The notes beneath the pieces were generated by a model, which worked only from the letters and a program-made list of their open reading frames with translations, made no database searches and was not told the origin of the DNA. 64,000 nt of DNA. Origin: Squalus acanthias. Its lineage: Eukaryota. Made by a program: the position numbers and the translations under genes. Shown piece after piece: positions 49,160 to 63,329 of the stretch (position 1 is its first letter; the number at the start of each line of letters is the position of its first letter). The stretch lies in assembly GCA_030390025.1 (NCBI GenBank), contig CM059431.1:143408001-143472000 (forward strand), read 5' to 3'.

Positions 49160-51083
49160 GTCATAGTCATAGAGTCATACAGCACAGAAAGATGCCCTTT
49201 GGCCCATCGTGTCCGTGCCGGCCATCAAGCCCTGTCCATTCTAATCCCATTTTCCACCACTTGGTCTGTAACCTTGTATGCTGTGGTGTTTCAAGTGCTC
49301 ATCTAAATGCTTCTTGAATGTTGTGAGGGTTCCTGCCTCTACCACCCTTTCAGGCAGTGAGTTCCAGATTCCAAACACCCTCTGGGTAAAAAAGTTTTTC
49401 CTCAAATCCCTCTAAACCTCCTGCCCCTTACCTTGAAACTATGCCCCCTGGTTATTGAACCCTCTACTAAGGGGAAACGTTCCTTTCTATCTACCCTATC
49501 TATGCCCCTCATAATTTTGTACACCTCAATCAGGTCCCCTCTCAGACTTCTCTGCTCTAAGGAAAACAACCCCAGGCTGTCCAGTCTCTCTTCATAGCTG
49601 AAGCGCTCCAGCCCAGGTAACATCCTGGTGAATCTCCTCTGCACACTCTCCAATGCAATCACATCCCTCCTGTAGTGTGGCGACCAGAACTGCACACAGT
49701 ATTCCAGCTGTGGCCTAACTGGCGTTTTGTACAGCTCCATCATAACCTCCCTGCTCTTATACTCTATGCCTCGGCTAATGAAGGCGAGTATCCCATATGC
49801 CTTTTTAACCACCTTATCTACCTGTCCTGCTGCCTTCAGGGATCTATGTATATGCACACGAATCTCCTCTGATCCTCTGTCCTTCCTAGGGTCCTACCAT
49901 TCATTGTGTATTCCCTTGCCTTGTTAGTCCTCCCAAAATGCATCACCTCACACATTTCAGGATTAAATTCCATTTGCCACTGTTCTGCCCATCTAACCAA
50001 CCCATCTATATCATCCTGTAGCCTGAGGCTTCCCTCCTCGCTATTTACCACTCCACCAATTTTCGTGTCATCTGCGAACTTACTGATCACACCTCCTACA
50101 TTCATATCTAAATCATTAATGTACACTACAAACAGCAAGGGACCCAGCACCGATCCCTGTGGTACCCCACTGGACACAGGCTTCCAGTCACAAAAACAAC
50201 CTTCGACCATCACCCTCTGCCTCCTGCCACTAATCCAATTTTAGATCCAATGTGCCAAATTGCCCTGGGTCCCATGGGCTCTTACCTTCTTGACCAGTCT
50301 CCCATGTGGGACTTTGTCAAAAGCCTTACTGAAGTCCATGTAGACTACATCAACTGCACTACCCTCATCCACACACCTAGTCACCCCCTCAAAAAATTCA
50401 ATCAAATTGGTTAGACATGATCTCCCCCTGACAAAACCATGCTGACTATTCCTGATTAATCCTTGCCTCTCCAAGTGGAGACTAATTCTGTCCCTCAGAA
50501 TTTTTTCCAATAATTTCCGTACCACTGATGTTAGGCTCACTGGCCTGTAATTCCCTGGTTTATCCCTACTACCGTTCTTGAATAATGGTACTACATTAGC
50601 TGTTCTCCAGTCCTCTGGCACCTCCCCTGTGGCCAGAAAGGTTCTGAACATTTGTGTCAGAGCCCCTGCAATCTCCTCCCTTGCCTCACAGCAGCCTGGG
50701 ATATATCCCGTCAGGGCCTGGGGATTTATCCACTTGTCAGCCCGCTAAAACCGCTAGTACCTCCTCCCTCTCAATGCTAATTTTTTGATATATATCAGAA
50801 TCCCCCTGCCTGATTTCTATGCTTACATCGTCCTTCTCCATAGTGAACACAGATGCAAAATATTCATTTAAAACCTCACCTACATCTTCTGGCTCTACAC
50901 ACAGATTGCCACTTTGGTCCCTAATGCGCCCTACTCTTTCCCTGGTTATCCTCTTGCTCTTAATATACTTATAAAACACCTTGGGATTTTCCTTTATTTT
51001 GCCCGCCAGTGTTTTTTCATGCCCCCTCTTCGCTCTCCTTATTTCTGTTTTAAGTACCCGCCTGCACTTTCTATACTCCTCTA
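49160..51083 (-). mobile_element. 5'-truncated CR1 LINE (distinct subfamily)
   Basis: RT ORFs ([34 protein letters not shown]) and a (tcatag)n tail. Inserted at ccttaat|gcccaac relative to the empty site at ~39258. Confidence 0.92.
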
Positions 51084-51540
51084 ATGCCCAACAAACATCT
51101 ATTAATACAATAGCAAAGTACTGAGGATGTTGAAAATCCGAAATAACAGAAAATGCTGGAAACACTAAGCAGGTCGGGAAGCATCCGTGGAGAGAGAAAA
51201 ACATCTATTCATCTCAGTTTTGACATTTTCAATTGACCCCCCATCCTCAACACCTTTTTGGGGGACTGATTTCCAGATTTCCACTACCCTGTGTGAAGAA
51301 ATGCATTCCGCCATCCAAACGGAATTAGATAAGTACCTGAAAAAAATTGAATGTTTATGAGGAAAGGTGTGGGATTGAGCTGAAGTGCTCTTGCAGAGAG
51401 CCGTCATTGGCTGGACGGGCCGAATGGCCTCCTACTCCGCTGAAACAATGATTATTTGATTCTATCACCCCTTACCGGCCTAGCTCTAATTTTAAGTTTC
51501 TGCCTCATTGTTCTGGACACCCCCACCAGAGGAAAAATAG

Positions 51541-54500
51541 AGTCAGACTGATCCGTCCCCTCTCATAATGAACTGCCCCCTCTCGGAGACTGAACCGTCC
51601 CCTCTCTCAGACTGAACCGCCCCCTCTCTCAGACCGAACCGCCACTTGTCTCAGACTGAACCCCCCCCTTGCTGAGACTGATCTGTCCCCTCCCCTGACT
51701 GAACCGCCCCCTCTCTCTGACTGAAACGCCCCCTCGCTCAGAAAGAACAACCCCCTCTCTCAGAATGAACCGCCCCCTCTCTCAGACTGAACCGTCCCCT
51801 CTCTCAGACTGAACCGCCCCCTCATTCAGACTGAACCGCCTCCTTTCTCAAACTGAACCGTCCCCTCTCTCAGAGTGAACCGTCCCCTCTCTCAGTCTGA
51901 ACCGTCCACTCTCTCAGACTGAACCACCCCTCTCTCAGACTGAACCGTCCCCTCTCTCAGACTGAACCGCCCCCTCTCTCACACAGAACCGTCCCCTCTC
52001 TGATACTGAACCGTCCCCTCTCATACTGAACCTTCTCATCTCTCAGACTGAACCGCCCAACTCTGAGACTGAACCGTTCCCACTCATACTGAACCACCCT
52101 TCTCTCAGACTGAACCGCCCCCTCTCTGAGACGGAACCACCCCCTCTCTCAGACGGAACCGTCCCCTCTCTCAGACTGAACCGCCCCCTCTCTCAGACAG
52201 AACCGCCCCCTCTCTCAGATGGAACCACCCCCTCTCTCAGACTGAACAGCCCCCTACTCAGAATGAACCGTCCCCTCTCCCAGACTGACCCATCCCCTCT
52301 CTCAGACTGAACTGCCCCCTCTCTCAGACTGAACCACCCCCTCTCTCAGACTGATCCATCACCTCTCTCAGACTGAACCGTCCCCTCTCTCAGACTGAAC
52401 CGGCCCCTCTCTAAGACTGAACCGCCGCCTCTCTCAGTCTGAACTGCCCTCTCTCAGACTGAAACCCACTCTCTCAGACTGAACCCCCCCTCTCAGACTC
52501 AACCGCCCCCTCTCTCAGACTGAACCGTCCCCTCTCTCCGACTGAACCGTCCCCTCTCAGACTGAACCGCCCCCTCTCTCAGACTGAACCGTCCCCTCTC
52601 TCAGACTGAACCACCCCCTGTCTCCGACTGAACCGTCCCCTCTCTCAGACTGAACCGCCCCCTCTCTCAGACTGAACCGTCCCCTCTCTCAGACTGAACC
52701 ACCCCCTCTCTCTGACTGAACCGTCCCCTCTCAGACTGAACCACCCCCTCTCTCATACTGAACCCCCCCTCTCTCAGACTGAACCGTCCCCTCTCTCAGA
52801 CTGAACCCCCCCTCTCTCAGACTGAACTGTCCCCAATCTCAGACTGAACAGCCCCCTCGCTCAGACTGATCCGTCCCCTCTCATAATGAACTGCCCCCTC
52901 TCGGAGACTGAACCGTCCCCTCTCTCAGACTGAACCGCCCCCTCTCTCACACAGAACCGTCCCCTCTCTGATACTGAACCGTCCCCTCTCATACTGAACC
53001 TTCTCATCTCTCAGACTGAACCGCCCAACTCTGAGACTGAACCGTTCCCTCTCATGCTGAACCACCCTTCTCTCAGACTGAACCGCCCCCTCTCTCAGAC
53101 GGAACCACCCCCTCTCTCAGACGGAACCGTCCCCTCTCTCAGACTGAACCGCCCCCTCTCTCAGACTGAACCGTCCCCTCTCTCAGACTGAACCACCCCC
53201 TGTCTCCGACTGAACCGTCCCCTCTCTCAGACTGAACCGCCCCCTCTCTCAGACTGAACCGTCCCCTCTCTCAGACTGAACCACCCCCTCTCTCTGACTG
53301 AACCGTCCCCTCTCAGACTGAACCACCCCCTCTCTCATACTGAACCCCCCCTCTCTCAGACTGAACCGTCCCCTCTCTCAGACTGAACCCCCCCTCTCTC
53401 AGACTGAACTGTCCCCAATCTCAGACTGAACCGCCCCCTCTCTCACACAGAACCGTCCCCTCTCTGATACTGAACCGTCCCCTCTCATACTGAACCTTCT
53501 CATCTCTCAGACTGAACCGCCCAACTCTGAGACTGAACCGTTCCCTCTCATGCTGAACCACCCTTCTCTCAGACTGAACCGCCCCCTCTCTCAGACGGAA
53601 CCGCCCCCTCTCTCAGACGGAACCGTCCCCTCTCTCAGACTGAACCGCCCCCTCTCTCAGACAGAACCGCCCCCTCTCTCAGACGGAACCACCCCCTCTC
53701 TCAGACTGAACAGCCCCCTACTCAGAATGAACCGTCCCCTCTCCCAGACTGACCCATCCCCTCTCTCAGACTGAACTGCCCCCTCTCTTAGACTGAACCA
53801 CCCCCTCTCTCAGACTGATCCATCACCTCTCTCAGACTGAACCGTCCCCTCTCTCAGACTGAACCGGCCCCTCTCTCAGACTGAACCGTCCTCTCTCTAA
53901 GACTGAACCGCCGCCTCTCTCAGTCTGAACTGCCCTCTCTCAGACTGAAACCCACTCTCTCAGACTGAACCCCCCCTCTCAGACTCAACCGCCCCCTCTC
54001 TCAGACTGAACCGTCCCCTCTCTCCGACTGAACCGTCCCCTCTCTCAGACTGAACCGCCCCCTCTCTCAGACTGAACCGTCCCCTCTCTCAAACTGAACC
54101 ACCCCCTCTCTCCGACTGAACCGTCCCCTCTCTCAGACTGAACCGCCCCCTCTCTCAGACTGAACCGTCCCCTCTCTCAGACTGAACCACCCCCTCTCTC
54201 TGACTGAACCGTCCCCTCTCAGTCTGAACCACCCCCTCTCTCATACTGAACCCCCCCTCTCTCAGACTGAACCGTCCCCTCTCTCAGACTGAACCCCCCC
54301 TCTCTCAGACTGAACTGTCCCCAATCTCGGACTGAACAGCCCCCTCGCTCAGACTGATCCGTCCCCTCTCATAATGAACTGCCCCCTCTCGGAGACTGAA
54401 CCGTCCCCTCTCTCAGACTGAACCGCCCCCTCTCTCAGACCGAACCGCCACTTGTCTCAGACTGAACCCCCCCCTTGCTGAGACTGATCTGTCCCCTCCC

Positions 54501-57500
54501 CTGACTGAACCGCCCCCTCTCTCTGACTGAAACGCCCCCTCGCTCAGAAAGAACAACCCCCTCTCTCAGAATGAACCGCCCCCTCTCTCAGACTGAACCG
54601 TCCCCTCTCTCAGACTGAACCGCCCCCTCATTCAGACTGAACCGCCTCCTTTCTCAAACTGAACCGTCCCCTCTCTCAGACTGAACCGCCCCCTCTCTCA
54701 GACCGAACCGCCACTTGTCTCAGACTGAACCCCCCCCTTGCTGAGACTGATCTGTCCCCTCCCCTGACTGAACCGCCCCCTCTCTCTGACTGAAACGCCC
54801 CCTCGCTCAGAAAGAACAACCCCCTCTCTCAGAATGAACCGCCCCCTCTCTCAGACTGAACCGCCGCCTCTCTCAGACTGAACTACCACCTCTCTCTGAC
54901 TGAACCGTCCCCTCTCAGACTGAACCCCGCTCTCTCAGACTGAACCGTCCCCTCTCTCAGACTGAACCGTCCCCTCTCTCAGACTGAACACCCCCTCTCT
55001 CAGACTGAACCGTGCCCTCTCTCAGACTGAACCGCCCCCTCGCTCAGACTGATCCGTCCCCTCTCATGATGATCTGCCCCCTCTCTCAGACTGAACCGCC
55101 CCCTCTCTCCGACTGAACCGTCCCCTCTCTCAGACTGAACACCCACTCTCTCAGACTGAACCGTCCCCTCTCTCAGACTGAACCGCCACTTGTCTCAGAC
55201 TGAACCTCTCCCTCTCTAAGACATGAACCCCCACTCTCTCAGACTGAACCGTCCCCTCTCTCAGACTGAAACCCCCTCTCTCAGTCTGAACCCCCCCTTG
55301 CTGAGACGGAATTGTCCCCTCTCCCTGACTGAATCGCCCCCTCTCTCTGACTGAAACGCCCTTCTCTCAGGCTGATCTCCCCCTCTCCAACTGAACCCCC
55401 CTCTCTCAGACTGAACCGACCCCTCGCTCAGACTGAACCGCCCCCTCTCTCAGACTGAACCGCCCCCTCTCCCAGACTGAACCGTCCCCTCTCTCAGACT
55501 GAACCGTCCCCTCTCTCCGACTGAACCGTCCCCTCTCTCAGACTGAACCGCCCCCTCTCTCAGACTGAACCGTCCCCTCTCTCAGACTGAACCACCCCCT
55601 CTCTCTGACTGAACCGTCCCCTCTCAGACTGAACCACCCCCTCTCTCATACTGAACCCCCCCTCTCTCAGACTGAACCGTCCCCTCTCTCAGACTGAACC
55701 CCCCCTCTCTCAGACTGAACTGTCCCCAATCTCAGACTGAACAGCCCCCTCGCTCAGACTGATCCGTCCCCTCTCATAATGAACTGCCCCCTCTCGGAGA
55801 CTGAACCGTCCCCTCTCTCAGACTGAACCGCCCCCTCTCTCAGACCGAACCGCCACTTGTCTCAGACTGAACCCCACCCTTGCTGAGACTGATCTGTCCC
55901 CTCCCCTGACTGAACCGCCCCCTCTCTCTGACTGAAACGCCCCCTCGCTCAGAAAGAACAACCCCCTCTCTCAGAATGAACCGCCCCCTCTCTCAGACTG
56001 AACCGTCCCCTCTCTCAGACTGAACCGCCCCCTCATTCAGACTGAACCGCCTCCTTTCTCAAACTGAACCGTCCCCTCTCTCAGAGTGAACCGTCCCCTC
56101 TCTCAGTCTGAACCGTCCACTCTCTCAGACTGAACCACCCCTCTCTCAGACTGAACCGTCCCCTCTCTCAGACTGAACCGCCCCCTCTCTCACACAGAAC
56201 CGTCCCCTCTCTGATACTGAACCGTCCCCTCTCATACTGAACCTTCTCATCTCTCAGACTGAACCGCCCAACTCTGAGACTGAACCGTTCCCTCTCATAC
56301 TGAACCACCCTTCTCTCAGACTGAACCGCCCCCTCTCTCAGACGGAACCACCCCCTCTCTCAGACGGAACCGTCCCCTCTCTCAGACTGAACCGCCCCCT
56401 CTCTCAGACAGAACCGCCCCCTCTCTCAGACGGAACCACCCCCTCTCTCAGACTGAACAGCCCCCTACTCAGAATGAACCGTCCCCTCTCCCAGACTGAC
56501 CCATCCCCTCTCTCAGACTGAACTGCCCCCTCTCTTAGACTGAACCACCCCCTCTCTCAGACTGATCCATCACCTCTCTCAGACTGAACCGTCCCCTCTC
56601 TCAGACTGAACCGGCCCCTCTCTCAGACTGAACCGTCCTCTCTCTAAGACTGAACCGCCGCCTCTCTCAGTCTGAACTGCCCTCTCTCAGACTGAAACCC
56701 ACTCTCTCAGACTGAACCCCCCCTCTCAGACTCAACCGCCCCCTCTCTCAGACTGAACCGTCCCCTCTCTCCGACTGAACCGTCCCCTCTCTCAGACTGA
56801 ACCGCCCCCTCTCTCAGACTGAACCGTCCCCTCTCTCAAACTGAACCACCCCCTCTCTCCGACTGAACCGTCCCCTCTCTCAGACTGAACCGCCCCCTCT
56901 CTCAGACTGAACCGCCCCCTCTCTCAGACTGAACCGCCCCCTCTCTCAGACCGAACCGCCACTTGTCTCAGACTGAACCCCACCCTTGCTGAGACTGATC
57001 TGTCCCCTCCCCTGACTGAACCGCCCCCTCTCTCTGACTGAAACGCCCCCTCGCTCAGAAAGAACAACCCCCTCTCTCAGAATGAACCGCCCCCTCTCTC
57101 AGACTGAACCGCCCCCTCATTCAGACTGAACCGCCTCCTTTCTCAAACTGAACCGTCCCCTCTCTCAGAGTGAACCGTCCCCTCTCTCAGTCTGAACCGT
57201 CCACTCTCTCAGACTGAACCACCCCTCTCTCAGACTGAACCGTCCCCTCTCTCAGACTGAACCGCCCCCTCTCTCACACAGAACCGTCCCCTCTCTGATA
57301 CTGAACCGTCCCCTCTCATACTGAACCTTCTCATCTCTCAGTCTGAACCGCCCAACTCTGAGACTGAACCGTTCCCTCTCATACTGAACCACCCTTCTCT
57401 CAGACTGAACCGCCCCCTCTCTCAGACGGACCCACCCCCTCTCTCAGACTGAATCGTCCCCTCTCTCAGACTGAACCGCCCCCTCTCTCAGACAGAACTG

Positions 57501-60500
57501 CCCCCTCTCTCAGACGGAACCACCCCCTCTCTCAGACTGAACAGCCCCCTACTCAGAATGAACCGTCCCCTCTCCCAGACTGACCCATCCCCTCTCTCAG
57601 ACTGAACTGCCCCCTCTCTCAGACTGAACCACCCCCTCTCTCAGACTGATCCATCACCTCTCTCAGACTGAACCGTCCCCTCTCTCAGACTGAACCGGCC
57701 CCTCTCTCAGACTGAACCGTCCTCTCTCTAAGACTGAACCGCCGCCTCTCTCAGTCTGAACTGCCCTCTCTCAGACTGAAACCCACTCTCTCAGACTGAA
57801 CCCCCCCTCTCAGACTCAACCGCCCCCTCTGTCAGACTGAACCGCCCCCTCTCTCAGACGGAACCGTCCCCTCTCTGAGACTGAACCGTCCCCTCTCTCA
57901 GACTGAACCACCCCCTCTCTCAGACTGAACCGTCCCCTCTCTCAGACGGAACCGCCCCCTCTCTCAGACTGAACCGCCCCCTCTCTCAGATGAACCGTCC
58001 CCTCTCACAGACTGAACCGTCCCCTCTCTCAGACTGAACTACCACCTCTCTCTGACTGAACCGTCCCCTCTCAGACTGAACGCCGCTCTCTCAGACTGAA
58101 CCGTCCCCTCTCTCAGACTGAACCGTCCCCTCTCTCAGACTGAACACCCCCTCTCTCAGACTGAACCGTCCCCTCTCTCAGACTGAACCGTCCCCTCTCT
58201 CAGACTGAACACCCCCTCTCTCAGACTGAACCGTCCCCTCTCTCAGACTGAACCGACCCCTCTCTCCGACTGAAGCGTCCCCTCTCTCAGACTGAACACC
58301 CACTCTCTCAGACTGAACCGCCCCTCTCTCAGACTGAACTGTCCCCTCTCTCAGACTGAACCGAACCCTCTCTCACACTGAACCGTCTCCTCTCTCAGTC
58401 TGAACCGTCCACTCTCCCAGACTGAACCACCCCCTCTCACAGACTGAACCGCCCCTCTCTCAGACTGAACCGCCCCCTCTCTCAGACTGGACCGCCCCCT
58501 CGCTCAGACTGAACCGCCCTCTCTCACAGACTGAACCGCCCCTCTCTCAGACCGAACTGCCACTTGTCTCAGACTGAACCCCCCCCTTGCTGAGACTGAT
58601 CTGTCCCCTCCCCTGACTGAACCGCCCCCTCTCTCTGACTGAAACGCCCCCTCGCTCAGAAAGAACAACCCCCTCTCTCAGAATGAACCGCCCCCTCTCT
58701 CAGACTGAACCGTCCCCTCTCTCAGACTGAACCGCCCCCTCATTCAGACTGAACCGCCTCCTTTCTCAAACTGAACCGTCCCCTCTCTCAGAGTGAACCG
58801 TCCCCTCTCTCAGTCTGAACCGTCCACTCTCTCAGACTGAACCACCCCTCTCTCAGACTGAACCGTCCCCTCTCTCAGACTGAACCGCCCCCTCTCTCAC
58901 ACAGAACCGTCCCCTCTCTGATACTGAACCGTCCCCTCTCATACTGAACCTTCTCATCTCTCAGACTGAACCGCCCAACTCTGAGACTGAACCGTTCCCT
59001 CTCATACTGAACCACCCTTCTCTCAGACTGAACCGCCCCCTCTCTGAGACGGACCCACCCCCTCTCTCAGACTGAACCGTCCCCTCTCTCAGACTGAACC
59101 GCCCCCTCTCTCAGACAGAACCGCCCCCTCTCTCAGACGGAACCACCCCCTCTCTCAGACTGAACAGCCCCCTACTCAGAATGAACCGTCCCCTCTCCCA
59201 GACTGACCCATCCCCTCTCTCAGACTGAACTGCCCCCTCTCTCAGACTGAACCACCCCCTCTCTCAGACTGATCCATCACCTCTCTCAGACTGAACCGTC
59301 CCCTCTCTCAGACTGAACCGGCCCCTCTCTCAGACTGAACCGTCCTCTCTCTAAGACTGAACCGCCGCCTCTCTCAGTCTGAACTGCCCTCTCTCAGACT
59401 GAAACCCACTCTCTCAGACTGAACCCCCCCTCTCAGACTCAACCGCCCCCTCTGTCAGACTGAACCGCCCCCTCTCTCAGACGGAACCGTCCCCTCTCTG
59501 AGACTGAACCGTCCCCTCTCTCAGACTGAACCACCCCCTCTCTCAGACTGAACCGTCCCCTCTCTCAGACGGAACCGCCCCCTCTCTCAGACTGAACCGC
59601 CCCCTCTCTCAGATGAACCGTCCCCTCTCACAGACTGAACCGTCCCCTCTCTCAGACTGAACCGCCCCCTCTCTCAGACTGAACCGCCCCTTTATCAGAC
59701 TGCACCGCCCCTCTCTCAGACTGAACCGCCCCCTCTCAGGCTGAACCGCCCCTCCCTCAGACTGTACCGCCCCCTATCACAGAATGAACCGCCCCCTCTC
59801 TCAGACTGAACCGTCCCGTCTCTCAGACTGGAACGTTCCCTCTCTCAGACTGAACCGTCCCCTCTCTCAGACTGAACCGTCCCCTCTCAGACTGAAACGC
59901 CCATCTCTCAGACTGAACCGCCCCCTCTCTCAGACTGAAGCGCCCCCTCTCTCAGACTGAACCGTCCCCTCTCTCATACTGAACCGCCCCCCTCTCAGAC
60001 TGAACCGGCCCCTCTCTCAGACTGGACCGCCCATCCCTCAGACTGAACTGCCCCCTCTCTTAGACTTAACCCTCCCCTCTCTCAGACTGAACCGTCCCCT
60101 CTCTCAGGATGAACCCCCCGTCTCTCAGACTGAACCGCCCCCCTCTCAGTCTGAACCGCCCCTCCCTCAGACTGTACCGCCCCCTATCATGGAATGAACC
60201 GCCCCCTCTCTCAGACTGAACCGTCCCGTCTCTCAGACTGAACCGTTCCCTCTCTCAGACTGAACCGTCCCATCTCTCAGACTGAACCGTCCCCTCTCAG
60301 ACTGAACAACCCATCTCTCAGACTGAACCACCCCCTCTCTCAGACTGAACCGCCCCCTCTCTCAGACTGAACCGTCCCCTCTCTCAGACTGAACCGGCCC
60401 CTCTCTCAGACTGAACCGCCCATCTCTCAGACTGAACTGCCCCCTCTCTTAGACTGAACCGTTCCCTCTCTCAGACTGAACCAGTCTCTCTCAGACTGAA

Positions 60501-62405
60501 CCGCCCCCTCTCTCATACTTAACCATCCCCCCTCTCAGACTAAACCGTCCCCTCTCTCAGACTGCACCGTCCTCTCTCTCAGACTGAACCGCCCCTCTCT
60601 CAGACTGAACCGCCCCTCTCTCAGACTGAACCGCCCCTCTCTCAGACTAAACTTAACCTCTCTCAGACTGAACTGACCCCTCTCTCATACTGAATCTCCT
60701 CTCTCTCAGACTATACTGCCCCTCTCTCAGAGTGTTCCATCCCTCTCTCAGACTGAACTGCCCTCTCTCTCAGGCTGAACCGTCCCCTCTCTCACACTGG
60801 ATCGTCCCTCTCTCAGACTGAACCGTCCCCTCTCTCAGACTGAGCCGCCCCCTCTCTCAGACTAAACCGTCCCCTCTCTCAGACTGCACTGTCCCCTCTC
60901 TCAGACTGAACTGCCCCCTCTCTCAGACTAAACCGTCCCCTCTCTCAGGCTGAAACGCCCCCTCTCTCAGACTGAACCGTCCCACTCTCAGACTGAACCG
61001 TCCCCTCTCTCAGACTGAACCGTCCCCTCTCTCAGGCTGAAACGCCCCCTCGCCTCGACTGAACCGTCCCCTCTCTCAGACTAAAACCCCCTCTCTCAGT
61101 ATTAACATTGACCTCTCTCAGACTAAACTGTCCCCTCTCTGAGACTGAACTGCCCCTCTCTCAGACTGATTCCCCCTCTCTCAGACTGAACCGCCCCTCT
61201 CTCAGGCTGACCCGTCCCTCTCTCAGACTGAACCACCCATTTCTCAGACTGAACCACCCCTCTCTCAGACCGGACCGCCCCCTCTCAGGCTGAACCACCC
61301 CTCGGCAGAATGTACCGCCCCCTATCATGGGCTGAACCACCCCCTCTCTCAGACTGAACCGTCCCCTCTCTCAGAATGCACCGCCCCCTCTCTCAGACTG
61401 AACCGCCCCTCTCTCAGACTGAACCGCCCCTCTCTCAGACTAAACTTAACCTCTCTCAGACTGAACTGACCCCTCTCTCATACTGAATCTCCTCTCTCTC
61501 AGACTATACTGCCCCTCTCTCAGAGTGTTCCATCCCTCTCTCAGACTGAACTGCCCTCTCTCTCAGGCTGAACCGTCCCCTCTCTCACACTGGATCGTCC
61601 CTCTCTCAGACTGAACCGTCCCCTCTCTCAGACTGAGCCGCCCCCTCTCTCAGACTAAACCGTCCCCTCTCTCAGACTGCACTGTCCCCTCTCTCAGACT
61701 GAACTGCCCCCTCTCTCAGACTGAACCGTCCCCTCTCTCAGGCTGAAACGCCCCCTCTCTCAGACTGAACCGTCCCACTCTCAGACTGAACCGTCCCCTC
61801 TCTCAGACTGAACCGTCCCCTCTCTCAGGCTGAAACGCCCCCTCGCCTCGACTGAACCGTCCCCTCTCTCAGACTAAAACCCCCTCTCTCAGTATTAACA
61901 TTGACCTCTCTCAGACTAAACTGTCCCCTCTCTGAGACTGAACTGCCCCTCTCTCAGACTGATTCCCCCTCTCTCAGACTGAACCGCCCCTCTCTCAGGC
62001 TGACCCGTCCCTCTCTCAGACTGAACCACCCATTTCTCAGACTGAACCGCCCCTCTCTCAGACCGGACCGCCCCCTCTCAGGCTGAACCACCCCTCGGCA
62101 GAATGTACCGCCCCCTATCATGGGCTGAACCACCCCCTCTCTCAGACTGAACCGTCCCCTCTCTCAGAATGCACCGCCCCCTCTCTCAGACTGAAGCGCC
62201 CGCTCTCTCAAACAGAACTGCCCCTGCTCTCAGCCGGAAGTGACCCGTCTCTCAGACTGAACCACCCCTCTCAGAATGCACCGCCCCCTCTCTCAGACTG
62301 AACCACCACCTCTCTCTGATTGAACTGGCCCCTCTCTCAGACTGAACCTCCACTCTCTCAGACTGAACTTTCCCCTCTCTCAGACTGAATCGCCCCCTCT
62401 CTCAG
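51541..62405. repeat. ~10.9-kb satellite of a 22-bp unit (cagactgaaccgtcccctctct) with higher-order blocks
   Basis: About 500 variant monomers with recurring diagnostic variant strings and an exact 793-bp offset duplication near the right end. Confidence 0.97.
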
Positions 62406-62407
62406 AT

Positions 62408-63328
62408 CGATAAGAACATAAGAACATAAGAAATAGGAGCAGGAGTAGGCCATTTGGCCCTTCGAGCCTGCTCCGCCATTCAATGAGATCATGGCTGATC
62501 TTCTGCCTCAACTCCATTCACCGGTCCTATTGCCATATCCCTTAATGCCTTTACTAGTCAGAAATCTATCGACTTCCGTTTTGTATAAACCCAATGACTG
62601 AGCCTTAATAATCTTCTGTGGTAGAGAATTCCAAAGATTCACCAGCCTCTGTGTGATGAAATTTCTTCTCAACTCAGTCCAAAATGGCCTACCGTTTATC
62701 TTGAGGCTGTGGCCCCTGGTTCTAGACTTCCCAGGCAAGGGAAACATTCACCCAGCATCAAGCCCTGTAATAATTTTGAATGCTTCAATTAGATCCCCTC
62801 TCATTCTTCTGAATTCAAGAGAATACAGGCCTAGTTTACTCAATCGCTTCTCATACGAAAGTCCCGCCATTGCAGGAATCAATCTCATGTACCTTTGTTG
62901 CACTCCCTCTATGGCAAGTATATCCTTCCTTAGGTAAAGAGAGCAGCATTGTACACAGTCCTCCAGGCGTGGTCTCACCAAGGCCCTATATAATTCGAGT
63001 AAGACTTCTTTACTCCTGTACTCAAATCCTCTTGTAATGAAGGCCAGCATGCCATTTGCCTTCCTAATGGCTTGTTGCACCTGTACATTCACTTTCAGTG
63101 ACTCTTGTACAAGGACACCCAGCACCCTTTGAGCATTTGCATTCTCCAATCTTTCACCATTTAGGAAATACTCGGCCTCTCTGTTTTTTCTACCAAAGTG
63201 GATAACTTCACATTATATTCCATCTACCATGTTCTCGCCGACACACTGAGCCTGTCGAGATCGCCTTGAAGCCTCTTCACATCCGCTTCACAACTGACAC
63301 TGACACCTAGCTTTGTATCATCAGCAAA
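62408..63328 (-). mobile_element. 5'-truncated CR1 (family A)
   Basis: (cataagaa)n tail; ORFs LVRPRLEDCVQ...RGDLIEAFK; very similar to 17098-17669. Confidence 0.9.
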
Positions 63329-63329
63329 C

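Larger units (their letters stand above)
46093..51540. repeat. segmental duplication unit C of the 5' module (interrupted by two CR1 copies, truncated by the satellite)
   Basis: Colinear matches to unit B. 51083-51540 continues the sequence at 39258-39720. Confidence 0.8.
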
